In this document: positions 10,184-18,907 of the stretch, in pieces | How positions within the stretch are numbered: position 1 is the first letter of the stretch | Layout of the letters: every line of letters begins with the position of its first letter | NCBI GenBank assembly: GCA_963761335.1 | Contig: CAVXGR010000018.1 | Location: 1,056,001 to 1,120,000, forward strand | Reading direction: 5' to 3' | Source of the DNA: an uncultured delta proteobacterium | GTDB lineage: Bacteria; Desulfobacterota; Binatia; HRBIN30; BPIQ01 | DNA: 64,000 nt | Notes under the pieces: model-generated | The model's database searches: none | Seen by the model: the letters and a program-made list of their open reading frames with translations, nothing else | Told to the model about the DNA's origin: nothing | Translations under genes and position numbers: made by a program

Positions 10184-11881
10184 ATGGCTCGCATCACGAT
10201 CGACCCGATCACGCGCATCGAAGGGCATCTGCGCATCGACGCCGTGGTCGACGGCGGCGAGGTACAGAAGGCGTGGGCCTCGTGCAGCATGTGGCGCGGC
10301 ATCGAGACCATCCTGCGCGGGCGCGACCCGCGCGAGGCCTGGTTCTTCACGCAGCGCTTCTGCGGCGTGTGCACCACGGTGCACGCCATCGCCTCGGTGC
10401 GCGCCGTCGAGGATGCGCTGCGTCTGGAGGTCCCTCCCAACGCCCAGTACATCCGCAACCTCATCCTCATCGCCCATGCGCTGCACGACCACATCGTGCA
10501 CTTCTATCACCTCTCGGCTCTGGACTTCGTCGACGTCACCACCATCCCCAAGGCGGACCCCGCCAAGGCGGCGTCCATCGCCCAGAGCCTCTCCGACTGG
10601 CCCCGGAACTCGCGCCAGGAGATGGCGCGGGTGCAGGCCAAGGTGCTCGGCCTGGTGCAGAGCGGTCAGCTCGGCATCTTCACGAACGGCTACTGGGGCC
10701 ACCCGGCGATGAAGCTGTCGCCCGAGGTCAACCTTCTCGCGGTGGCGCACTATCTCCAGGCGCTCGAGTACCAGCGTCAGGCCAACAAGGTGGTCGCCAT
10801 CCTCGGCGGCAAGACGCCGCACATCCAGAATCTGGCCGTCGGCGGCGTGATGAACGCCATCAACCTGAACAGCGAGGCGACGCTCAATATGGACCGGCTG
10901 TACATGATGAAGGACCTCCTCGACGAGGTCATTCAGTTCGTGCAGCAGGTCTATGTGCCCGACGCCTGCGCCATCGCCGGCTTCTATCCGGAGTGGTTCG
11001 GCATCGGCGCCGGCGTGCAGAACTACCTGGCGGTGCCGGATCTGCCGACCGATCCCGCCTCGACCGTCTTCGATGTCCCCGGCGGCACCATCGTCGGCGG
11101 CGATCTCGGCAGCGTGCGCAGCATCAGCGGCGTTCAAGACGAGTACTTCCGCAAGGGGGTGGTCGAGGACGTCACCCACGGTTGGTACAAGGGGAAGGGC
11201 GCGCTGCATCCGTGGCAGGGCGAGACCATTCCCGAGTACACGGACTTCCAGGAGGACGGCAAGTACAGCTGGGTGAAGGCGCCGCGTTTCGAGGGCCGGC
11301 CGATGCAGGTGGGCCCTCTGAGTTCGATTCTGGTGGGTTACGCGCTCGGGCATGAGCTGACCCGCAAGTGGACGGACGCGGCGCTGGCGCGGATCTCGGC
11401 GATCGCGCAGCGACAGATCACGGTCGCCGACATGCAGTCCACCATGGGTCGCTATGCGGCGCGTGCCATTCGCGCGGCGCTGCTCTCCGACCTCGCCGTC
11501 CGCCAATGGCAGCTCTTGGTTGACAACATCACCAAGGGAGACGCCAGCGTCTTCAACCAGCCGCACTTCCCCAAGGGAACCATCGAGGGCGTCGGCTTCC
11601 ACGAGGCGCCGCGCGGCTCGCTCTCGCACTGGGTGGTGGTGAAGGACGGAGTCATCGCCAACTACCAGGCGGTGGTGCCTACCACCTGGAATGCCAGCCC
11701 GCGCGACGAGGGGGGAGCGCCGGGCCCCTACGAGGCGGCGCTGCTCAAGAACCCGGTTGCCGATGCGGAGAGGCCCCTCGAGCTGCTGCGCACGGTGCAC
11801 TCGTTCGACCCCTGCCTGGCGTGCGCCTGCCACACGCTCGACGTCGAGGGCCGGACGATTGCCACGGTGAAGGTGCTGTGA
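10184..11881 (+). CDS. hybC: [NiFe]-hydrogenase large subunit (group 1, Hyb-type)
   Basis: DPITRIEGH, QRFCGVCTTVH (L1), SFDPCLACACH (L2) followed by a cleavable C-terminal extension. Confidence 0.96.
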   Translation: MARITIDPITRIEGHLRIDAVVDGGEVQKAWASCSMWRGIETILRGRDPREAWFFTQRFCGVCTTVHAIASVRAVEDALRLEVPPNAQYIRNLILIAHALHDHIVHFYHLSALDFVDVTTIPKADPAKAASIAQSLSDWPRNSRQEMARVQAKVLGLVQSGQLGIFTNGYWGHPAMKLSPEVNLLAVAHYLQALEYQRQANKVVAILGGKTPHIQNLAVGGVMNAINLNSEATLNMDRLYMMKDLLDEVIQFVQQVYVPDACAIAGFYPEWFGIGAGVQNYLAVPDLPTDPASTVFDVPGGTIVGGDLGSVRSISGVQDEYFRKGVVEDVTHGWYKGKGALHPWQGETIPEYTDFQEDGKYSWVKAPRFEGRPMQVGPLSSILVGYALGHELTRKWTDAALARISAIAQRQITVADMQSTMGRYAARAIRAALLSDLAVRQWQLLVDNITKGDASVFNQPHFPKGTIEGVGFHEAPRGSLSHWVVVKDGVIANYQAVVPTTWNASPRDEGGAPGPYEAALLKNPVADAERPLELLRTVHSFDPCLACACHTLDVEGRTIATVKVL

Positions 11882-11886
11882 GCGCG

Positions 11887-12474
11887 ATGCGGGATGAGGA
11901 CGCGCCGATTGCGGTCATCGGCATCGGCAGCGTCCTGCTCGGCGACGATGGCGTGGGCCCCTTCGTCGTCGAGCTTCTGCGCGCCGGCTGGGAGTTTCCG
12001 GAGGATGTCGCGCTGATCGACGCCGGCACCCCCGGACTGGATCTCGTCGCTCAGTTCCAGGGTCACGAGGTGGTGATCATCGTCGACGCGGTGGCGGCAA
12101 GCGGCGAGCCGGGGGAGCTGCGTCTCTACGGCGATGCCGATCTGCGCCGCATGCCGATGAGCCCGCGCGTCAGCCCCCACGACCCCGCGGTGCAGGAAGC
12201 TCTGTGGATTGCCGATCTGGGCGGCAGCGCCCCCCGCGAGGTCCTGCTGCTCGGCATCATTCCGGCGACCACCGAGGTCGGCACCGAGCTCAGCGAGCCC
12301 GTACGACAGGCCGCAAGGGCCGCGGCGGAGGCGGTGGTGGCGGAGCTCGCCGGGCGCGGCGCCTTCGCCGTGGAGCGCTCCGAGCCCCGCGCGCCGAACA
12401 CTTGGTGGATGCGCTCCCGGGAGGGCGAGGCTCCCGCCGAGCCGTGCACGAGCACGTTCCCCCCGCGGCCCTGA
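11887..12474 (+). CDS. hybD: Hydrogenase maturation endopeptidase
   Basis: GIGSVLLGDDGVG, IDAGT, IIVDAV, SPH, ELSEPV. Confidence 0.92.
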   Translation: MRDEDAPIAVIGIGSVLLGDDGVGPFVVELLRAGWEFPEDVALIDAGTPGLDLVAQFQGHEVVIIVDAVAASGEPGELRLYGDADLRRMPMSPRVSPHDPAVQEALWIADLGGSAPREVLLLGIIPATTEVGTELSEPVRQAARAAAEAVVAELAGRGAFAVERSEPRAPNTWWMRSREGEAPAEPCTSTFPPRP

Positions 12475-13274
12475 GGAGCAGTGAGTAGAGGCTGACGTTC
12501 CAATCGCCCATCTTTGCGCCTCTGCGTCTTTGCGTTCTCTGTTGCGCGCGAGTGGAGGTGGAAGAGGAAACGCAAAGGCGCAAAGGCGCGAAGCCGCAGT
12601 TGCCCGGCCGACCGATGTGCCTCGATCCGCGGCTACGGAGCGCGCCGGCGTTTTGAGGACAGCCTCTACTGCCCCAAGAAATGCAGCAACGGCTGGTTGA
12701 ACTGCGCGGGGGTCCCGCCGAGCCGTGGGCGAGCAGATTCCCCCGCGGCCCCGAGGCGCAGTGAGTAGAGGCTGACGTTCCAACCGCCCATCTTTGCGCC
12801 TCTGCGTCTTTGCGTTCTCTGTTCCGCGCGAGCGGAGGTGGAAGAGGAAACGCAAAGGCGCAAAGGCGCAAAGCCGCAGTTGCCCGGCCGACCGATGTGC
12901 CTCGATCCGCGGCTACGGAGCGCGCCGGCGTTTTGAGGACAGCCTCTACTGCCCCAAGAAATGCAGCAACGGCTGGTTGAACTGCGCGGGGGTCCCGCCG
13001 AGCCGTGGGCGAGCAGATTCCCCCGCGGCCCCGAGGCGCAGTGAGTAGAGGCTGACGTTCCAACCGCCCATCTTTGCGCCTCTGCGTCTTTGCGTTCTCT
13101 GTTCCGCGCGAGCGGAGGTGGAAGAGGAAACGCAAAGGCGCAAAGGCGCAAAGCCGCAGTTGCCCGGCCGACCGATGTGCCTCGATCCGCGGCTACGGAG
13201 CGCGCCGGCGTTTTGAGGACAGCCTCTACTGCCCCAAGAAATGCAGTAACGCCTGATTGAACTGCTCGGGGTCC
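12432..13274. repeat. Three tandem copies of a ~280-bp unit (hybD tail + intergenic palindrome + hydrolase tail)
   Basis: GTGAGTAGAGGCTGACGTTC recurs at 12481, 12761 and 13041; each unit holds the inverted pair CTTTGCGCCTCTGCGTCTTTGCGTT...AACGCAAAGGCGCAAAGGCG. Confidence 0.97.
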
Positions 13275-14071
13275 TGCAGGAAGGCGAAGTGACTGACTTC
13301 CGGTAGGATGAGCTCGCCGGCGCCGGGGATGAGCGCCGCCATGTGGTCGGTGTCCTCCCGCTTGATGGCCTCGTCGTGATCGGCGTCGACGATCCAGGTG
13401 GGCACCGCGATGTGGCTCAGCTGCTCGTCGGTGAAGTGCGGCTGGGTCGCCCACATCTTGGTGATGTTGGCGAGGAAGGCCTTGAACTCCTTCGGCGTCG
13501 GCGAGAGCTTCTCGTACTCGCGGCGGGCGCGGTCGATGTAGGCCGTGAACACCGGGCTCTGATTCACGTCCTTGACGCCTGAGGGGTTGGAGTTGGCGGC
13601 GAAGGCGAACAGCCTGGTCAGGCGCTCGGGATGGTGGATGGCGATGTCGAGGCCGATGATGGCGCCATCGCTCCAACCCACCAGAGCCGCCTTGGGAACG
13701 TGCAGGTAGTCCATCAGGGCGAGCACGTCGGAGGACATCAGGTCGTAGCCGATCGGTTCTTTGCTGCGCGTGCTGCGGCCGTGACCGCGGCTGTCGAGGA
13801 CGATCACCTGGTAGTGCGGTGCCAGCGCCGCGACCTGCAGCCCCCAGTAGTCGGAGTTGGCGAGGCCGCCGTGGACCAGCACTACCGGCGGGCCCTCACC
13901 GAAGACGGCGTACCAGAGACGGATGCCGTTCACCGGAGCGATACCGCTGCGCTCCGCCGTCGGCAGCGCCGGCGTCGCCGGCAGGCGCATCCACGGATAC
14001 TCGGCGCGGGCGGGCAGGGCGACGGCGAGCCCGGCGAGCAGCAGGAGGACAGCGGATGCGGCGCGCCTCAC
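13226..14071 (-). CDS. Secreted alpha/beta hydrolase
   Basis: Signal peptide (…ALPARA-EY), HGG, DSRGHGRS, GWSDG nucleophile elbow, SHF; GTG start overlaps the stop of the upstream small ORF. Confidence 0.9.
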   Translation of the reverse strand: MRRAASAVLLLLAGLAVALPARAEYPWMRLPATPALPTAERSGIAPVNGIRLWYAVFGEGPPVVLVHGGLANSDYWGLQVAALAPHYQVIVLDSRGHGRSTRSKEPIGYDLMSSDVLALMDYLHVPKAALVGWSDGAIIGLDIAIHHPERLTRLFAFAANSNPSGVKDVNQSPVFTAYIDRARREYEKLSPTPKEFKAFLANITKMWATQPHFTDEQLSHIAVPTWIVDADHDEAIKREDTDHMAALIPGAGELILPEVSHFAFLQDPEQFNQALLHFLGQ

Positions 14072-14187
14072 CCCTGATCGCCTTCGCAGCAGCCTTCGAC
14101 GATACGCAGGCAGCGCGCGCAGATGCGCTTGCACTTGCGGATCAGCAGCTTGGCGCCGCAGCACGGGGATACCTCCGTTGACGACAT
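14068..14187 (-). CDS. 39-aa cysteine-rich microprotein (MSSTEVSPCCGAKLLIRKCKRICARCLRIVEGCCEGDQG)
   Basis: Hand translation; GGAGGAGGAGG Shine-Dalgarno 5 nt upstream of the ATG; GTGA overlap with the hydrolase start; 7 Cys. Confidence 0.7.
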   Translation of the reverse strand: MSSTEVSPCCGAKLLIRKCKRICARCLRIVEGCCEGDQG

Positions 14188-14358
14188 AACCGCCTCCTCC
14201 TCCACGGCGGTTCTCTACCGTGTTCAGATGGAGAGGGGAAGGGAAGGGTTGCTCCCGGGATTCCCCCGCACGGAAGAGGAACGCAAAGGCGCAAAGGCGA
14301 ACGTCCCTTGAGGCCTTCTGTCTTGGTCGTCTCCGTCATCTGGTGCTATTTGGGCCGC

Positions 14359-14766
14359 ATGATGGAACGGCAGGCACAGGTTCTGCGGGTGGCGTTTCTG
14401 GCGGGGGCAATCACCGACGCGCTGGCGCTCATCCCCATGCTCTTTCCGCCGATGGCCAGGCTCCTCTGGGGATTCGACGACGTCAGCGGACCTTATCGAT
14501 TTGCCATGGGTTACGGCGCCTCGCTCATGGCGGCGTGGACCATTCTCCTCGTCTGGGCGTACCGCCGCCCCCTGGAGCGCCGCTTCGTCGCTGCGCTCAC
14601 TGTCTTCATCATCTACGGCTTGGTCGCAACCGAGGTGCTCGCCGTGTTTGCCGGCAATATTTCAGCCGCCCGCATGATTCCCACCTGGCTGCTGCAATCG
14701 GGGCTTCTCGGCCTCTTCGCCGGCGGCTACCACTATCCGCGGCTCCACCACTGGCTTGCTCTCTGA
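14359..14766 (+). CDS. Hypothetical membrane protein (~4 TM)
   Basis: ORF with four hydrophobic segments, WAYRRPLERR. Confidence 0.75.
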   Translation: MMERQAQVLRVAFLAGAITDALALIPMLFPPMARLLWGFDDVSGPYRFAMGYGASLMAAWTILLVWAYRRPLERRFVAALTVFIIYGLVATEVLAVFAGNISAARMIPTWLLQSGLLGLFAGGYHYPRLHHWLAL

Positions 14767-14838
14767 GCTGACGGCGCGGCTGCGGACGAAGAGCAGGCCG
14801 AGCGAGCCGTACGCCCGGCTTCGCGTCTCTGCGTTCTC

Positions 14839-15405
14839 CTATGCCACGGCGCGCTCGGAAGTGGCGGCGTTTCCCGCCGGCACGGCACAGAACCCCTCGG
14901 CCTCCACCCCGAGCGGCGCGTTGACGCGGTTGAAGAAGCTTTCGATGGCGACGGCGAAGGTGAGCTCGACGATCTGGCGCTCGTTGAAGTGGCGGCGCAA
15001 CTCGGCGAAGGTCTCGTCCGCTACGACGACCGGCACCTGCGTCGATTCGGAGGTGTAGCGGAGGGCAGCGCGCTCGGGGGCGGTGAACGCCGTGTGGGTT
15101 TCGAACTCGTGCAGGTGCGACACCTTTTCCCGGAGAGCGGCTGGAGCGAGGCTGCGGCCGTAGTCGATGCACCAGGAGCAGCCGTTGATCTCGCCGACGA
15201 GCAGCATGGCCAGCAGGCGCGTGTCGTCGGACAGCTCCCCATGGGCGTGCGCAAAGCGGCTGGTCATCGCGTAGGGAAGCAGGAAACCGGGAACGTGCGC
15301 CGCCATCTGCAGGGGCCGGAACACGCGACCGTACATTCTGCGGCAGAAGAAGAACAACGTCCGCGCCCAGAGGCCGGGATGCCGGGGTGGTTCGATACGA
15401 GCCAT
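14839..15405 (-). CDS. Carboxymuconolactone decarboxylase/AhpD-family protein
   Basis: EINGCSWCIDYG, FTAPERAALRY, QIVELT, FFNRVN; SD AGGAGG. Confidence 0.9.
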   Translation of the reverse strand: MARIEPPRHPGLWARTLFFFCRRMYGRVFRPLQMAAHVPGFLLPYAMTSRFAHAHGELSDDTRLLAMLLVGEINGCSWCIDYGRSLAPAALREKVSHLHEFETHTAFTAPERAALRYTSESTQVPVVVADETFAELRRHFNERQIVELTFAVAIESFFNRVNAPLGVEAEGFCAVPAGNAATSERAVA

Positions 15406-15427
15406 GGATCACCTCCTATGCGCAGTA

Positions 15428-15454
15428 TACGACCGGGACGGTCGAAAGGTTACA
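15428..15454 (-). promoter_or_regulatory. Putative ECF41-type sigma promoter
   Basis: Minus strand reads TGTAACC-N16-CGTA upstream of a CMD-family gene, matching the TGTCACA-N16-CGTC geometry. Confidence 0.5.
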
Positions 15455-15577
15455 GATGGCGAGCACCCCCCGCAGGGCGAGGCTCCGGCCGTCCGCGGCC
15501 AGGCCGGTCGTGGTCACCGGGGTCGAGTTGGGGAGAGGAGACCCGGGAATGAGAACGGGGAATGTGGAAGAAGCAGG

Positions 15578-16012
15578 TCAGCCGCGCTCGTTGCCGCCGA
15601 CGACGCGCCGGTACAGGGGCGAGTAGTAGCGGTCGCGCCCGGGCATGTGGGAGACGATGGCGCCGATGACGATCACCGCGGAGAGGAGCCACACCCGCGC
15701 CTCCCACCACACGGCGACGGCGAGCACCAGCGCCACCTTGGCGAAGGTCGCCAGGCCGCGGACCTGCGCCGGCCACACCGGGGTGCGATACATCTCCAGA
15801 GCCATGAGACCGAGGCCGGTGGCCACCGTCGCCAGCAGGGCCGGCAGCAGGCGGTCGGCGGCGATGCCGTAGATGTGGCCGCCGTAGAGGGCGCCGAAGG
15901 CGAGCAGGTGCGCCGTGCGCAGCGTCGTGCGCAGCGGGCGCACCCCGCGGAGCGGGCGCGTGCGCCGCTCGAAGGGGACTGCCGTGGGTGCGTAGCCGAC
16001 GCTCGTCGCCAT
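15578..16012 (-). CDS. Hypothetical membrane protein directly downstream of alpha-1
   Basis: LRTAHL, QVRGL..FAK, SHMP; hydrophobic; 4 nt from the alpha-1 stop. Confidence 0.75.
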   Translation of the reverse strand: MATSVGYAPTAVPFERRTRPLRGVRPLRTTLRTAHLLAFGALYGGHIYGIAADRLLPALLATVATGLGLMALEMYRTPVWPAQVRGLATFAKVALVLAVAVWWEARVWLLSAVIVIGAIVSHMPGRDRYYSPLYRRVVGGNERG

Positions 16013-16016
16013 GGCG

Positions 16017-18887
16017 CTAGACGATACGCGTCACCTCGACGCGCGTGTCGCGGTCGTTCTGGCTCGGCTGCATGCAGATCTGGATGGGGCGCAGATGTCC
16101 CTCGCCGCCGGCGAGCTCGACGGGGTTGATGGGGCTCGGGATCAGGTTCTGGAAGCCCTTGCCGCCCTCGAACTGGTAGTTCTCCCAGGCGTGATAGATG
16201 ATGAGCTGCCCGGGGCGGACAGTGGGCGAGACCTTGGCATGGATGCGAAAGCGATCGATGTCGTTGCGCACCTCGACCAGGTCGCCGTCACTCACGTTGC
16301 GCGCCTTGGCGTCGTCGACGCTCATGTAGACCACCGGGCGGCCGCGCTGCAGGCGCAGCATGCGGGCGTCGTCGCGCCACGAGGCGTGGATGGACCATCG
16401 CGTATGGCCGCCGGTGAGCACCAGCGGATGGTTGCCGCCGGCGTGCGGCGGATCCTTGTGCACCGGCAGGGTCTCGCCGAGCTCCAGATAGAACGGATGA
16501 TCGATGTAGAACTGGATGCGCCGTGTCAGCGTCGGGTAGGGCTCCTTCTTCTCGACGTGGAACTGGAAGGGACTGATGGTATCCTGCGCCTTCACCTCGC
16601 AGGCGTTGCCGATGGAGACGCCGCTGTTGCCCACCGCCGTGAAGCGCGCGTAGCCCTTCTCCTTGAGCTGCTCCCAGTCGACGCCGGCGAGATTGCTCGA
16701 CAGCTTGACGAGCTGCGCGGCCACCTTGGCGTCGTCGTTCTCGGTGTACTCGCCGCCCATGGTGAAGTCGTCGTAGAAGCTCTGTAGCGGCCGCTCGTTG
16801 CCGTGGCGGTCCTTGAACGAGGTGATCTGCCGCGCCCGCGCCCGCCGCTCGATCGCCTTCGCCAGCAGGGCGCAGATCTCCCAGTCGGACTTCGCCTCCT
16901 GAAAGCTGGTCGCCTTCGAGCCGGCGTGCAGGTAGGGCATCAGCGGCGTGCCCCACTTGTGCTCGTTCTTCTCGTACCAGCCGGCGGTCGGCAGCACGTA
17001 GTCCGAGTGCATGGCCGTCGAGGTCATGCGGAAGTCGATGGTCACGTGCGCCTTGAGCTTCGGGTAGAGGGTTTTGACCACGGCGGGGTAGCCGCGCAGC
17101 CGCCGCAGGATGTTGCTGCCGAACTCGAAGATGACGCGCGGGTCCGAGCCGGGCTTCGGCCAGACGTGCTGGTAGCCCTTGTCCAGCGACTCGCGAAGGT
17201 AGTCGGCGACCGGCCGCTTCAGGTAGGGATCCCATTCCTGGGAGCGACCGCTGAGCTCGAGCAGGCCGCCGTGGATGTTCCAGAACATCACTCCCGAGAC
17301 CGTGGTGCCCTCGCGGAACTGCCAGTTGCCGATCTCGTACTTGACCATCTCGTCGGTCATTCCCGGCTTCTTCATCCCCCACATCACCGGGCCCATCTGC
17401 ACCGCCAGCCGCAGCTTCCCCATCCATCCCGGCTGCTTGAGCATGACGAACGGCTCGATGCCGTCCTGGGTGAGGAAGGGAAAGGCGCTGAAGCCGCTGC
17501 CCTTCTTGCCCATGTGCCCGCAGAGGGCGAAGACCAGGATCTGGGCGCGCTCCATCAGGTTGCCGTGGTAGAACTTGGCGATGTTGCTGGAGGTGACGTT
17601 GGAGACCGCCTTGGCCTTGCCGAGGCGGATCGCCAGGTCGCGGACCACCGCGGCAGCGATCCCCGTGATCGGCGCGGTCTGCTCGGGGCGGTAGTTGCGC
17701 TCCAGCATCTCGCGCAGGCGCGCGAAAACGGGGCGCACCTTGACCGCCCTGTGGTTGGCGGTCGCGGCCTCGAAGGTGCCCTCGAGCGCCGGCACGATGG
17801 CACCGAGGCCGAGGTTGTCGCGCGGTGCCTCGACGATCTTTCGCGTCGCCTGGTCGTAGACGTAGAGGACCTCGTCGCTGCCGTCCTTCTGCATGTCGCT
17901 CTGGCGCAGGAAGCGGCCGTTGTCCTCGCGCACCAGGAAGGGCATGTCGGTCTGCTCGCGCAGGAAGGCCTCGTCGTGCAGGCCCTGGCTGACGATCACC
18001 TGCGCCAGCGACAGGCCGAGGGCGGCGTCGGTGCCCGGGTTGATGGCGATCCACTGGTCGGCGTGGATGGCCGAGGCGCTGTAGTCCGGGGCGATGGTGA
18101 CGATGTGCGCTCCCTTGTAGCGCGCCTCGGTCCAGAAGTGGGCGTTGGGGATCTGCGTGTAGAGAGGGTTGCAGCCCCAGATGAGGATGACGTCGGAGAA
18201 GAAGTAGTCGTCCGCCGAGCGCTCGGCGACGATCTTGCCGAAGGTGACGGCGGCGCCCGGATGGCCGTCGCCGATCTCGGTGTTCATGTCGAGGGTGCAG
18301 CTGTCGAGGAGGTGGGAGAGGCGCATCTGCCCGGCGCTGGAGGCGCCGAAGGTGTAGAGGGGCCCGATCGACCAGATGATGCGGTCCGTCCCCTCGGCGG
18401 TGACGGTGTCGAGCATGCGATCGGCGATCTCGTCGAGCGCCTGTTCCCAGGAGATGCGCTGCCACTTTCCCGAGCCGCGCTCGCCGGCGCGCTTGAGCGG
18501 GTACTTGACGCGCGTGGCGTCGTACATGCGGGCGCTGAAACAGGCCCCCTTCTGGCAGCCGCGCGGATTGAAGTCCGGCGTGTCGCTGCGGATCGCCGGA
18601 TAGTCCCCGGCCTGCTCCTCGCGCCAGACCATGCCGTCCTTGACGTAGACGTCCCAGGCGCAGTGCGCCTGGTACCAGCAGTTGACGAAGTGCGAGCTGC
18701 GCACGACCTTGTCCCAGGCCCATTTCTGCCGGTACAGGTCCTCCCAGCCACGGTAGTCGACGGGCAGGGCGCCGGCGGACGCCGCAGGCGGAGCCTCCGC
18801 CGCCCAGCCGAAGCGCAGGCGCTCGAGCGAGAGGATCGCGGTGGCGGCCCCTGCGGAACGCAGGAAGTCTCGACGTGTGAGCTGCAT
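16017..18887 (-). CDS. Type II DMSO-reductase-family molybdoenzyme alpha subunit 1 (EbdA/S25dA-like), intact
   Basis: Tat TRRDFL; FS0 motif HFVNCWYQAHC...PRGCQKG; Mo-ligand Asp in EIGDGHPG; GTDAAL; GGHTRWSIH; YHAWE. Confidence 0.95.
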   Translation of the reverse strand: MQLTRRDFLRSAGAATAILSLERLRFGWAAEAPPAASAGALPVDYRGWEDLYRQKWAWDKVVRSSHFVNCWYQAHCAWDVYVKDGMVWREEQAGDYPAIRSDTPDFNPRGCQKGACFSARMYDATRVKYPLKRAGERGSGKWQRISWEQALDEIADRMLDTVTAEGTDRIIWSIGPLYTFGASSAGQMRLSHLLDSCTLDMNTEIGDGHPGAAVTFGKIVAERSADDYFFSDVILIWGCNPLYTQIPNAHFWTEARYKGAHIVTIAPDYSASAIHADQWIAINPGTDAALGLSLAQVIVSQGLHDEAFLREQTDMPFLVREDNGRFLRQSDMQKDGSDEVLYVYDQATRKIVEAPRDNLGLGAIVPALEGTFEAATANHRAVKVRPVFARLREMLERNYRPEQTAPITGIAAAVVRDLAIRLGKAKAVSNVTSSNIAKFYHGNLMERAQILVFALCGHMGKKGSGFSAFPFLTQDGIEPFVMLKQPGWMGKLRLAVQMGPVMWGMKKPGMTDEMVKYEIGNWQFREGTTVSGVMFWNIHGGLLELSGRSQEWDPYLKRPVADYLRESLDKGYQHVWPKPGSDPRVIFEFGSNILRRLRGYPAVVKTLYPKLKAHVTIDFRMTSTAMHSDYVLPTAGWYEKNEHKWGTPLMPYLHAGSKATSFQEAKSDWEICALLAKAIERRARARQITSFKDRHGNERPLQSFYDDFTMGGEYTENDDAKVAAQLVKLSSNLAGVDWEQLKEKGYARFTAVGNSGVSIGNACEVKAQDTISPFQFHVEKKEPYPTLTRRIQFYIDHPFYLELGETLPVHKDPPHAGGNHPLVLTGGHTRWSIHASWRDDARMLRLQRGRPVVYMSVDDAKARNVSDGDLVEVRNDIDRFRIHAKVSPTVRPGQLIIYHAWENYQFEGGKGFQNLIPSPINPVELAGGEGHLRPIQICMQPSQNDRDTRVEVTRIV

Positions 18888-18907
18888 GAGCGTTCTCCCG
18901 AAGGGCC

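Noticed and set aside
12432..13274. Possible CRISPR array or DGR template/variable repeat
   Set aside because: The units are 280 bp with no unique spacers, there is no cas or reverse transcriptase gene, and the differences are not adenine-specific
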